From positions 1,546 to 65,545 of the forward strand of contig OZ007016.1 of assembly GCA_963931445.1 (NCBI GenBank): a stretch of 64,000 bases of DNA. Reading direction: 5' to 3'. How positions within the stretch are numbered: position 1 is the stretch's first letter; the number at the start of each line of letters is the position of its first letter. Below, one piece after another: positions 17,537-27,738 of the stretch. The position numbers and the translations under genes were made by a program. The notes beneath the pieces are model-generated. The model saw nothing but the letters and a program-made list of their open reading frames with translations. It made no database searches and was not told the DNA's origin. Source of the stretch: an uncultured Clostridia bacterium (GTDB lineage: Bacteria; Bacillota; Clostridia; TANB77; CAG-508).

Positions 17537-20500
17537 CTATTTATATAATTGAATATTTTTATATAAATCATTTAACATTTGATCATATATGCTACTAATT
17601 TTTTCGAATAATCCTTCCTGAAATAATTTTATTGTTATCTTTTGCTTAACTGAATCTACAAAATTCTTCTTACCTTGTACTAAAAAAATATCTGTATCAT
17701 AAAAATTTGCAATTTCTTCATAGATAATTCTCAATACTCTTTTTATTATTGATTGGTCTATATCTTCATTTTCTGTTAAGTCTTGATATGTTTTAACAAA
17801 AGCAAAATTGCCACCATAGGTATTTGAAAGCTCATCATTTTTTTCATTTATCTCTTTAGCTTTTTCTAGTGCTTCCTTTAATTGTTCTGTTAGTTCATCC
17901 ATATTGTCTAAGTCTGATATATTTAATTTATTAAATACTTCTTCCAATAGTTCATTAAGCTTCCTAACTTGAATATCTTCTTTGTTTTTATTGTCTTTTA
18001 TTACTCTCTGAATCTCTGTCGCTGTATCTACAAAATCTCTTATTCTTGGATCACTCTCAATATCTAGTTTTGATAAGTCTAATATTGTTATTTTTGTTTT
18101 TATAAAATTATATAATATCTCTACTACTTCTTCATTTGAAATCACATCCATCATACCAACAGTATCGGAAGATAAATTTATAAAATCAATCCTTTCCTGA
18201 GTAGCCTTTCTTAGCGCTTTATATTTTTCTGACTCTTCTGCTGATATATATTTATCCTTTACTCTAGAAATAATAAATTCAGTTTCACAATCTCTAATTC
18301 CATTTAGTAATCTTCTAATTTTTAACAAAGCTTCTCTATTTAAATTTGTTAATTTTTTTGAAAATCTTTCAAGATTATCTATATCTTCTATAATATCTTT
18401 TAAATCTTCTAAATATTTTTGATATTTTTTATTAATATCATCTATTCCAACAACAAGTCCAGATAAAGAGCCTTCATTTTCTCCGTTATCATTTATATCA
18501 GCTTCAAGTTCTTTTATATATGCTTCTATTGTATTATTATACTCTTGCTCTATATCAACAAAATCAACTATATAACCATATCTATAAATTTTTCCATTTG
18601 GTGATTTATATGGTCTATTAACTCTTGATATTGTCTGTAAAAGATTCTGTGCATGGGATCCTCTCAATAAATACATTTTCTTTAATCTCTTTACATCATA
18701 TCCTGTAGTAAGCATTAGATTAACAACTAATAAATCAGGGAAAGTATCATTTCTGAAGTTTAACTGATTTTCTTTATTAATTTTACTTTGTGTAGGATCA
18801 GCTGTATCTGTAATAACTAATCCTGTTTTTAATTCTGAATTTTTTTCAAACCATTTATGTACTTTTCTAGCCTGTTCATTTGTTCTGCAAACAATCATTC
18901 CACCTATTGTATTATCCGTATTTTGAAATCTAAAATTTTTAAAATCTCTCTCAATAAATTTTCCTAAAGCTGATATATAAGCATCTGATTCATACACATC
19001 CTTATTTTCTAATTGGTTATCTTCAATATCAAGATTTTGTTTTATTTCTTTTTTAGCGACAGTATCTATATCTTCTTTTTTTATTCTTAGCGTATAACCA
19101 TCTGCAATAGACTTATCATAAAAGTATTTATGTATATAATCTCCAAATTTCAAATTTGAACGTTCTTTTTTTGAAAGTAATGGTGTTCCTGTTAAAGCAA
19201 TATATATACCATTTGCATCACATATCATCAAATTTTTAAAAAACTCTCCATTTTTAGAATAACTTCTATGGGCTTCATCTACAAAAAATACTCTTTGGAC
19301 ATTTGCATTATAATCATTTTTTGCATTAGGCATTTCTCCCTCAAATTTTTGTATGTTTACAACACAATATTCTCCTATAGAATCATTTAAATTTTTTGTT
19401 GAAAGTGATTTATTTAACTCATTAGAAAATTCAGCTTTATTATTACAATTAATAACACTAAATCCTCTACTTTCGAACTCCGAACTAGCTTGCCTTAATA
19501 AATCTATCCTATCAACTACAAAGAAAAATCTAGCAACAATGTTCTTCTTTGCATAGTAATCTCTTATAATTCTATTACTATATGCTGCTAATGCTGTTTT
19601 TCCACTTCCTTGAGTATGCCAAATAATTCCGCCTTTTCCTCCACTCTCAAGTCTATCTATAATTTTCCTTGTTGCAAAGAATTGAGGATATCTCATAATT
19701 TGCTTTTGTGGAACTTTTTCATTTACATATAATATTCCATAATATAAAAAATATAATATTCTTTCTTTATCAAATACTGATGTAATAAAACTATTACATG
19801 GTTTTGTATCTTTTAAATTTTCTTTAAATTCAACAGTATCACAAACTTTTTTATCATAACCTAAATCTTTAGTTATATTCTTTATTTCTTCCTCACTAAT
19901 TTCTTTATAATCATATTTCAAATTATATAATTCATCATCTTCTCTAAAAAAAGAAAAACTAGTATTATTTCCATTTGGTGTTGTATAAAATGAGCCAGCC
20001 CTAACTTCTTCTGCTTCATCTGAATCTTCATATTCCATATTATTTGAGAATGCAACAATTTGAATAAGATTAAAATATTTTTTAAATGCCCCATTTTTTA
20101 ATCTATCATTTATCATTCTTTTAAATTCTTTTTGAATACCACCTTCATTATTGGGTTTTTTAACTTCTAAAAATGCTAAAGGTATTCCATTTATTAAAAC
20201 ATTAATATCTGGTCTAAAAGATCCTACATCTGAATCTGGAGTAATACTAAATGGTAATTCATCAACTATCGCAAAATCATTATTTTCGATATTATCAAAA
20301 TCTATAAGTCTCAATTTATCTTGAGGTTTTATTAATCTATAATAAAATTCTTTTCCTAAATCATTATTTCTTATTAAATTATTTATCTCATCTAATAACT
20401 GCTTTATCTCATCATAAGATATTTCCCTGTTATTAATCTTTTCGATTGCTGGCTTAAATCTATTAATAAAAATTTTGGTATTAAAGTCTATATCAAGTTT

Positions 20501-20593
20501 ATCATCCTTTAATGATTGATAATTATATCCTATTTTTAAAAATTGGATTGTTGCTGGTATTTTAACCCTTGTATCTTCATTAAACTTTTGCAT
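17537..20593 (-). CDS. hsdR: Type I restriction enzyme HsdR (1018 aa).
   Basis: N-terminal PD-(D/E)xK motif PDINVLINGIPLAFLEVKK. Helicase motif I GIIWHTQGSGKT, and the DEAH box VFFVDEAHRS. Confidence 0.9.
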   Translation of the reverse strand: MQKFNEDTRVKIPATIQFLKIGYNYQSLKDDKLDIDFNTKIFINRFKPAIEKINNREISYDEIKQLLDEINNLIRNNDLGKEFYYRLIKPQDKLRLIDFDNIENNDFAIVDELPFSITPDSDVGSFRPDINVLINGIPLAFLEVKKPNNEGGIQKEFKRMINDRLKNGAFKKYFNLIQIVAFSNNMEYEDSDEAEEVRAGSFYTTPNGNNTSFSFFREDDELYNLKYDYKEISEEEIKNITKDLGYDKKVCDTVEFKENLKDTKPCNSFITSVFDKERILYFLYYGILYVNEKVPQKQIMRYPQFFATRKIIDRLESGGKGGIIWHTQGSGKTALAAYSNRIIRDYYAKKNIVARFFFVVDRIDLLRQASSEFESRGFSVINCNNKAEFSNELNKSLSTKNLNDSIGEYCVVNIQKFEGEMPNAKNDYNANVQRVFFVDEAHRSYSKNGEFFKNLMICDANGIYIALTGTPLLSKKERSNLKFGDYIHKYFYDKSIADGYTLRIKKEDIDTVAKKEIKQNLDIEDNQLENKDVYESDAYISALGKFIERDFKNFRFQNTDNTIGGMIVCRTNEQARKVHKWFEKNSELKTGLVITDTADPTQSKINKENQLNFRNDTFPDLLVVNLMLTTGYDVKRLKKMYLLRGSHAQNLLQTISRVNRPYKSPNGKIYRYGYIVDFVDIEQEYNNTIEAYIKELEADINDNGENEGSLSGLVVGIDDINKKYQKYLEDLKDIIEDIDNLERFSKKLTNLNREALLKIRRLLNGIRDCETEFIISRVKDKYISAEESEKYKALRKATQERIDFINLSSDTVGMMDVISNEEVVEILYNFIKTKITILDLSKLDIESDPRIRDFVDTATEIQRVIKDNKNKEDIQVRKLNELLEEVFNKLNISDLDNMDELTEQLKEALEKAKEINEKNDELSNTYGGNFAFVKTYQDLTENEDIDQSIIKRVLRIIYEEIANFYDTDIFLVQGKKNFVDSVKQKITIKLFQEGLFEKISSIYDQMLNDLYKNIQLYK

Positions 20594-20792
20594 TATTTTA
20601 CTCCCTTATTATTACATATTTTCTTTTCTAGCCTATGTTCTAACTAATATAACGTTAATCCATCATCTGTATATCATATTTTTACATATTCAGGAAATGA
20701 TGGGTTTGTAAAAATATATATTCTTTCCTACTTTTTCTTCATTTTACACAATCCTTTCTCAAATTAATACATTATAATACTACTTATTACAT

Positions 20793-20987
20793 TTTATATC
20801 ACAAAATACTTTTTTTCTCAAGGAATGAGATAAGATATTTTATATTTTTCAAAATTCATTTTATTTTTATGTAATACAAATCACATCAACTTCAGATTTC
20901 AAAAATTTTCTAACTTTTTCTAAACAAAAATTATTACATACAACTTTAAATCTAGTATTACTAAAAAGACTACTATCTACCATATAA
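20793..20987. repeat. 195-bp direct repeat (left copy) flanking the IS1634-family element. Long target-site duplication.
   Basis: Identical to 22950-23144. It contains a duplicated copy of the 3' end of the minus-strand gene 23024..23353. Confidence 0.8.
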
Positions 20988-22949
20988 CGGGAATTTGACA
21001 GTTAATTAAATAAAAAATTGATATAAGCATTGGAAATGCTTAATTTTTTTGTCAAATTTTTCTTTTTCCTCTTGCGTACTTGTCGTACTTGTGATACAAT
21101 ATGAAAAAACGGAGGAAAAAGATGAGATTAAAAATTACTAAAACTAATTCTGATACTAATTACTATGTAATTAAAGATATAAAAACACATTCTGGTAAAC
21201 GTACTACAATGATTTATGAGAAACTTGGAAATGAACAAGATTTATTAAAAAAATCGAATGGTGAAGATATTTTAGAGTGGGTTAAAAAATATATTAAAGA
21301 TTTAAATGAAAAAGAACAAGAACATAAAAATGATATTTTAATTAAAAAATCACCTTCTAAGATAATTTCAAAAGATGAACAATTTTGTTTTAATGTAGGT
21401 TATGTTTTTTTGCAAAATATTTATCATTCTTTAAGATTAAATAATATTTGTAGCGAGATTAGTGATAAATACAAATTTAATTATGATTTGGATAATATTT
21501 TATCTAGACTAGTATATAGTAGGATAATATATCCTTCTTCAAAATTGGCTACTTTTGAATTATCTAAAAAATATATTGAACAACCTAATTTTGAACTTCA
21601 TGATATTTACCGTGCTTTAGAAGTAATTGCAAAAGAAACCGATTTTATTCAATCTGAATTGTATAAAAACAGTTTAAGAGTATCTAAGCGAAATACCAAG
21701 ATTCTTTACTATGATTGTACTAATTACTTTTTTGAAATTGAACAAGAAAGTGGGTTAAGGCAATATGGTCCTTCTAAGGAACATAGACCTAATCCAATTA
21801 CTCAAATGGGTCTTTTTATGGATGGAGATGGTATTCCTTTAGCTTTTAGTATTACAGCTGGAAATACTAATGAACAAATTACTTTAACTCCATTAGAAGA
21901 AAAAATATTAGAAGATTTTAAATTATCTAAATTCATTGTTTGTACTGACGCTGGTCTTGCCTCAAACGCCAACAGAAAGTTTAATGATAAAGATGATAGA
22001 GCCTTTATCACGACTCAATCAATTAAGAAATTAAAAAAACATTTAATGGATTGGGCACTTGATCCTAATGGTTGGCATCTTTCTGGAGATAAAAAAGAGT
22101 ACAATATTAAAGAGATAGAAAATGACGAAAAAAGTTTAGAGCTTTACAAAGATAGAACATTCTTTAAAGATCGTTGGATTAAAGAAAACGGATTAGAGCA
22201 AAAACTAATTGTAACTTACTCTTTAAAATATAGAAATTACCAGAGACAAATTCGTAATTCTCAAATCGAAAGAGCCAAAGTTGCAATAGCTAACAAAAGT
22301 TTCAAACTTGATAAATGCAATCAAAATGATTTTAAAAGATTCATAAAGAAAACTAATATTACAAAAGATGGAGAAGTAGCTGAAAAGAAAGTATTATCAT
22401 TAAATACTGACACAATCCAAAAAGAAGAAAAATTCGATGGCTTTTATGGTGTTTGTACTAATCTTGATGATGATCCTGAAGAAATTATCAAAGTAAATCA
22501 AAGAAGATGGGAAATTGAAGAAAGTTTTAGAATAATGAAAAGTGAATTTAAAGCCAGACCAGTATATTTAAGTAGAGATGACAGGATTACAGCACATTTT
22601 ACTACTTGTTTCCTTTCATTAGTAATTCTTAGATTTTTAGAAAAAATGCTTGATGAAAAATATACAAGTTCAGAAATTATTGATACATTAAAAAATATGA
22701 GTATGCAAAAGAATTTTGATTGCAGTTATGAACCAATTTATACAAGAACTGATTTAACGGATGACTTACATGAAAAATTTGGTTTTAGAACTGATTATGA
22801 AATACTACAAGAAAGTAGATTAAAAAAAATCTTAACAAAAACAAAAAAATGATTTAAGTACGCATTTTTTAATTAATCTATTGAAGACTGAAAGCCTTTC
22901 ATTTCAAAGGCTATCAGTCTTTTACTCTTTTTCAACTGTCAAATTTGAG
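20988..22949 (+). mobile_element. IS1634-family (IS4 superfamily) insertion sequence, about 1.96 kb.
   Basis: Terminal inverted repeats gaatttgacagtt (20991-21003) and aactgtcaaattt (22934-22946). A single large DDE transposase ORF. A 195-bp TSD, a length typical of IS1634-like elements. Confidence 0.7.
21122..22852 (+). CDS. IS1634/IS4-family DDE transposase.
   Basis: About 577 aa, single ORF inside the IS. The ATG at 21122 is preceded by a ggagg RBS. The upstream ATG at 21101 lacks an RBS. Confidence 0.7.
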   Translation: MRLKITKTNSDTNYYVIKDIKTHSGKRTTMIYEKLGNEQDLLKKSNGEDILEWVKKYIKDLNEKEQEHKNDILIKKSPSKIISKDEQFCFNVGYVFLQNIYHSLRLNNICSEISDKYKFNYDLDNILSRLVYSRIIYPSSKLATFELSKKYIEQPNFELHDIYRALEVIAKETDFIQSELYKNSLRVSKRNTKILYYDCTNYFFEIEQESGLRQYGPSKEHRPNPITQMGLFMDGDGIPLAFSITAGNTNEQITLTPLEEKILEDFKLSKFIVCTDAGLASNANRKFNDKDDRAFITTQSIKKLKKHLMDWALDPNGWHLSGDKKEYNIKEIENDEKSLELYKDRTFFKDRWIKENGLEQKLIVTYSLKYRNYQRQIRNSQIERAKVAIANKSFKLDKCNQNDFKRFIKKTNITKDGEVAEKKVLSLNTDTIQKEEKFDGFYGVCTNLDDDPEEIIKVNQRRWEIEESFRIMKSEFKARPVYLSRDDRITAHFTTCFLSLVILRFLEKMLDEKYTSSEIIDTLKNMSMQKNFDCSYEPIYTRTDLTDDLHEKFGFRTDYEILQESRLKKILTKTKK

Positions 22950-23144
22950 TTTATATCACAAAATACTTTTTTTCTCAAGGAATGAGATAAGATATTTTAT
23001 ATTTTTCAAAATTCATTTTATTTTTATGTAATACAAATCACATCAACTTCAGATTTCAAAAATTTTCTAACTTTTTCTAAACAAAAATTATTACATACAA
23101 CTTTAAATCTAGTATTACTAAAAAGACTACTATCTACCATATAA
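22950..23144. repeat. 195-bp direct repeat (right copy). Forms part of the native gene 23024..23353.
   Basis: Identical to 20793-20987. Confidence 0.8.
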
Positions 23145-23965
23145 TTAATCCAATCCATAATACTAAAATCAGCAAAAGGCATTGGAAAAATATATGTATA
23201 TGAATCTTCACCTTTTATGCAATACGTTTCATATTTATATCCTTTTACTCTATCAATATTTTCTCCAAATATATTAATTATTCTATTTTTCATATAATCT
23301 TCATCTACAATTTTTTTGAATATATTCCATATTTCTTTTTGATATAAAATCATATAATTCTCACTAAAATTTATATTTGTAAATTTTGGATGGTTTAGGA
23401 GCCATTCATCTTCTAAAAATATAATTGCGCCTCTAAAATCATTTTTATTTCTATCTAATTCTTTATCTATGTACTTTAGTTCTCTTGGTGTAATATCTTT
23501 ATGTAGAAAATAAACTATATAAGATCTTTTGTAAAAATCCTCATCAGCTTCTTGTCACCATCTTTTTTCTCTTGACATGACGCCAATAAATCTATTGCCC
23601 CTTTTGGTATAAGTATTTACACTACACCTCCAACTTGGCTCAAAGTACCATCCAGATAATTGTACTTTACAAGAAACATCGCTAATTCTTTCCATTCTCT
23701 TTTTATAAGTTTCATTTCTATTTATATTTCTATAGCCTAATCCTATTTTATTTAAATAGCTTTTGCCTTTTCTTCCTAATACAACCTTTCCATATAATCG
23801 TTCTACAAATTCACCTTTTGCTAAACTTGCCAATCTGTTTTTGTAATAGTATTTTGAATCATAAAACAATTTAACATTTTCATTTGTGATAATTCCATAT
23901 TCAGATAAATACATTATAAAATTAAAATCTCTATTTCTTAAACATATCCTCTTTTCCTTTTCCAC
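23024..23965 (-). pseudogene. Single ~313-codon reading frame interrupted by one in-frame TGA (at 23555-23557). Hypothetical prophage protein.
   Basis: ORFs 23555..23965 and 23024..23353 are in the same frame. The 201 nt between them are open in that frame and contain no start codon. Confidence 0.5.
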
Positions 23966-24238
23966 TTAAATCACCTCCTACCATTTTTACATTTCTGCCT
24001 ATCTTCCAACTTACCTCTATGCGACAGAAAGCACAAGATTACCATCTTGTGCCTCCAGTCGCCCTTACATGTATTTATATGTTTTTTCTGTTATATAATC
24101 CCTACCTATGTACAATTTTTTAGTATTTAAAATGTCGGTTTTTCATTATTTTTAAGTAGTTCTATGTTTATTAAAAAGTGTGATTTTTTGAAAGTCCCAA
24201 AAGTGTGACTAGTTGGATATTTTAAAATTGGTTAATAA

Positions 24239-24862
24239 TCACACTTTTTCAAAATATTTTTTTGGATTTATATTACAAATATTTTGAATATTTCTTTTTT
24301 CTCCAATAAATATTTTTATATAATTTTCTCTATCATTAATTCCTTCTAACATATAGCTTACATACTTAATATTATCATCTGTAATAAGTCCACCATAAAC
24401 AAATCCATTAAAAATATATCTTAAATCTCTATTATCTATATCCCAATTATTTCTTGGCACACTTACTTGTACTCTAATAATAACTTCTTTATTAGCGAAT
24501 AACCCTTTGTACTTTTCTCCTATTGCTTGGCAAGTATTCTCTAATCTTTTATTATTATAGGGTGTTCTTACTGGTGGCAATAATTCATGTATCTTAATTT
24601 TTAAAATCCCATTTGAATATTCACTTTCATACTGACTAATGCCATCTTCTTTTCCTGGTAAGGGTTCTTCTCCTATCAATGGTCTTTTTAGCTTTATACA
24701 TTTATATATTGCATTTCTAAACAACTCTGTTTTGTATAAAACTTGATATATATTGTGTTCATTTACATCATCCTGCATATATTCATTTGCAACACTTAAA
24801 AACTCACCTAATCTTTTTCTAAAGTTATCTCTATCATATGTTGCAATTCCTCTTTCAAACAT
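24239..24862 (-). CDS. Hypothetical prophage protein (207 aa).
   Basis: ORF downstream of the dnaC-like gene on the same strand. Confidence 0.45.
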   Translation of the reverse strand: MFERGIATYDRDNFRKRLGEFLSVANEYMQDDVNEHNIYQVLYKTELFRNAIYKCIKLKRPLIGEEPLPGKEDGISQYESEYSNGILKIKIHELLPPVRTPYNNKRLENTCQAIGEKYKGLFANKEVIIRVQVSVPRNNWDIDNRDLRYIFNGFVYGGLITDDNIKYVSYMLEGINDRENYIKIFIGEKRNIQNICNINPKKYFEKV

Positions 24863-24953
24863 TTTTACCTCCTTCCTAGCTATTTTTTATATTATCCTTC
24901 CTAATTTATATTCCATCACTATAAATAGCTACATTATTTTCGAATTTTATATT

Positions 24954-25829
24954 CTATAATCTTTTCCCTTTGCATTCCACTCTATAGCACATATTAGATA
25001 ATCTTGATATTATAGAATCTGTTGTTTTACATACTTTGTTTGGTATGCTTAATCTTTGTTTTAAAGCTTCCATATCATAATTTGTTGTTATAATAAATGG
25101 TAGCTCATTTATTATTCTTTCATTTATAATTGTAAATAATTTAGATAACAACCAATCATTCATTGGTTCTACTCCTAAATCATCTATAACTAATAAATCT
25201 ACTTTTGTATATAATTTTGTTAATTCACTTTCTGTATGATTCTTGTAACATATAGCATACTTTTCCACTAATTGTGTTAATGTTCCAAATATTATTGGTA
25301 CATTATTTTTTAATAATTCATTACATATCGCCATTGAAATATGTGTTTTTCCTGTTCCATTTTTTCCTACAAATATAATACCATTCTTGAAGTTTTTGAA
25401 ATCTGATATAAATTTCTCTGCTGCTAATTTCGTTTTCGAATTTTGTTCATTTGTAATAAAATTCTCTAAAGTTTTTTGTTTAAATTGTTCTGTTATAAAA
25501 TCTGTTCCATAATATTGTTTTATTTTTTTGTTGTATTCTTTTTTTCTATAATTCTCATATTGCCTCATTAATTCTTCTTGCAGTTTTTCTTTTGCCTTAT
25601 TTCTTTCTTCTATTGCCTGTTTACAATCACATTTTTCATTTTCTATAAATACATTTATTGTTTTGCTTATTGGATTTAATACTCCTCTTGGCTTTAAAAC
25701 TTTATTACAATACTTGCATCTTGTTTCTTCAGGTATTTTTGTTTTTATAGAATATCCATTTTGCAAAATTTCATCTAGATTATATAAAATCTTTGATTTT
25801 TCCATAACTCTGCTTTGCATAAATCCCAC
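24954..25829 (-). CDS. DnaC/IstB-like AAA+ helicase loader (phage replication protein).
   Basis: Walker A GKNGTGKTH and Walker B LLVIDDLG. Confidence 0.8.
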   Translation of the reverse strand: MGFMQSRVMEKSKILYNLDEILQNGYSIKTKIPEETRCKYCNKVLKPRGVLNPISKTINVFIENEKCDCKQAIEERNKAKEKLQEELMRQYENYRKKEYNKKIKQYYGTDFITEQFKQKTLENFITNEQNSKTKLAAEKFISDFKNFKNGIIFVGKNGTGKTHISMAICNELLKNNVPIIFGTLTQLVEKYAICYKNHTESELTKLYTKVDLLVIDDLGVEPMNDWLLSKLFTIINERIINELPFIITTNYDMEALKQRLSIPNKVCKTTDSIISRLSNMCYRVECKGKRL

Positions 25830-26256
25830 CTCCTTCTGTTTCTATTTCTTTTTTTAATTCTTTTTCTCTTTCTGTATCCACATTTTTTCCTATTTTTGTG
25901 GATTCATTTTTATCCTTTATCCCTTTCTCCTGTAAGTTTTGATACTTATTCCAATTTTTAATTTTATATCCATATTTATCTTGTACTATCATGCTATATT
26001 CCTGAAAAATATCTAGTGCATTCTCGATACTTTTCTGATTTCTACCCATATGATGTGCTAATGTTTCTATGGTAAAAAACTTGTTTTCACTTATTTTTAA
26101 ATATCCTCCAGATTCGCAATTTGCTGCTATTGCTAAACAATTTATAAAAATTACAATAAGTCTATCTCCATCTTTTTTTCTTTTGATTTGCTTGATTTTT
26201 TCGTTGTCAAAAAAATTATTGTACAACTTAAACCAATATCTCTTTCCCCCTTTCAT
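25780..26256 (-). CDS. Phage replisome organiser, N-terminal domain family (DnaD-like).
   Basis: The motif RYWFKLYNNFFD...LIVIFINCLAIAAN is typical of the phage replisome-organiser N-terminal region. It overlaps the DnaC-like ORF. Confidence 0.6.
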   Translation of the reverse strand: MKGGKRYWFKLYNNFFDNEKIKQIKRKKDGDRLIVIFINCLAIAANCESGGYLKISENKFFTIETLAHHMGRNQKSIENALDIFQEYSMIVQDKYGYKIKNWNKYQNLQEKGIKDKNESTKIGKNVDTEREKELKKEIETEGGGIYAKQSYGKIKDFI

Positions 26257-26294
26257 CAGTAATCACCACCTTTTTAGTAAAATATTTTTTAATT

Positions 26295-26534
26295 TTAAAA
26301 ATCATCAAAACTATATTTTACTTTTTTCTTTGGTTCTTCTAGACTATCTTGAATGTATTTGTCTAGAATTTCTTTTGTAAATAGTGTTTTCGATTCAATT
26401 TTGTAATATGGTATTTTCTTTTCTCTAACTAATTTACGAATTAACCAATATGAAATACCCAAATATTGTGCTGCTTCTACTGAATCTAAAACTCTTTTTT
26501 CTTTTGTATCTAGGTTTAATTTCTCACTATTCAT
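26295..26534 (-). CDS. Excisionase/MerR-like HTH DNA-binding protein (79 aa).
   Basis: LDSVEAAQYLGISYWLIRKLVREKKIPY matches the HTH_17/Xis family. Confidence 0.6.
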   Translation of the reverse strand: MNSEKLNLDTKEKRVLDSVEAAQYLGISYWLIRKLVREKKIPYYKIESKTLFTKEILDKYIQDSLEEPKKKVKYSFDDF

Positions 26535-26637
26535 ACTATCGCCTCCTTTTCTTTTCTCATTATGCGTACATAATATAATATTTTTTTAATTTTGTAAATA
26601 CTTTTTTGAGATTTTTTATAAATTTTTTTATTTTTAT

Positions 26638-26668
26638 TGTTTACAAATCGTACTTTTTTGTGTATAAT
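26638..26668 (+). promoter_or_regulatory. Sigma-A-type promoter for the XRE gene (TTTACA, 17-bp spacer, TATAAT), divergent from the xis-like gene.
   Basis: tttacaaatcgtacttttttgtgtataat. Confidence 0.45.
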
Positions 26669-26699
26669 GTTTTTAGTTTGTAAGGGGGAAATTATTATA

Positions 26700-27680
26700 A
26701 TGGATGAGTTTAATTTTGGTAATCGTTTGAAAGAATTGCGTAAATCATATGATATTACACAAGCACAACTTGCTGAAAGTTTAGGCGAAAGAAGGGCTAC
26801 TTTATCAAATTACGAAAACAAAAATGTATATCCAGGATTTAATATGCTAATAAAATTAGCTGATTTTTTTCACGTTTCTGTTGATTATTTAACAGGAAGG
26901 ACTGATGATTATGAGATTAATAAAAATAATATAGAAGATACATTTTATTGGATTAAGATTTCTAATCCAATACCTTATGAAAAAAATAAACATGGAATTT
27001 ATGCATTATCAAAAGATACTGATATTGAATTTTACGATTTATCAAGTTTAAAGGAAAAATACACTCGAATTTATTTGCCTTTTCTAGGATGTGCTCCAGA
27101 TGCTAATTCTCATTTAAAAGAATGTTATGACTTTTTATCTGAATTTGGCTTTTTGGGTGCTACAGAATACAATGATAAATATGAAAATGTTTCTATGTTT
27201 AAGAAACAATGTCCTGGAATTTATAAAATAAATGGTCAATTTAATATTTCACCTATGAATTTATTAGTAGATTTAGTTATGACAAATCCTAATTTATTTA
27301 GTGCATCTGATGAAGATATATCATTCATGAAAGAAAATGCTCTTATGGGATATCGAGAAACAGTTCATGATGTTGAATACATGGCTAATGAAATGAGAAA
27401 TTTGATAACTTTATTTCTACTTTACCCTAATGTATTTTTATCAAAAGTTAATGATAAGCTTAGAGATATTAACTTTTATTATGATACTTCTTATAAAAGA
27501 AAACTAACTTTTTCTTCACTTCTTTCTTATATGTATTATGAATTGGTGGAAGATTATATTAATGGTTATTATCCTTATCAGTGTAGAAAATGTGGCAAGT
27601 ATTTTTTATCTAGAGTAAAAGATAATCCAGAATTACAACATTTCTGCGATGATTGTAGAAAACAAAAATCCTTATTATAA
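26700..27680 (+). CDS. XRE-family HTH transcriptional regulator with a C-terminal CxxC...CxxC zinc ribbon.
   Basis: HTH LKELRKSYDITQAQLAESLGERRATLSNYE. C-terminus YQCRKCGKYF...CDDCRKQK. The likely true start is the ATG at 26700, preceded by an aagggggaaatt RBS. Confidence 0.75.
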   Translation: MDEFNFGNRLKELRKSYDITQAQLAESLGERRATLSNYENKNVYPGFNMLIKLADFFHVSVDYLTGRTDDYEINKNNIEDTFYWIKISNPIPYEKNKHGIYALSKDTDIEFYDLSSLKEKYTRIYLPFLGCAPDANSHLKECYDFLSEFGFLGATEYNDKYENVSMFKKQCPGIYKINGQFNISPMNLLVDLVMTNPNLFSASDEDISFMKENALMGYRETVHDVEYMANEMRNLITLFLLYPNVFLSKVNDKLRDINFYYDTSYKRKLTFSSLLSYMYYELVEDYINGYYPYQCRKCGKYFLSRVKDNPELQHFCDDCRKQKSLL

Positions 27681-27738
27681 TGAAAATAATAAGATATAAT
27701 TTCATTTATAATGAACAAGTAATTGTAGGAGGTAACTT

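Noticed and set aside
23555-23557. TGA as selenocysteine.
   Set aside because: No SECIS-like stem-loop downstream, and there is no indication of Sec machinery in this lineage. A nonsense mutation or sequencing error is more parsimonious.
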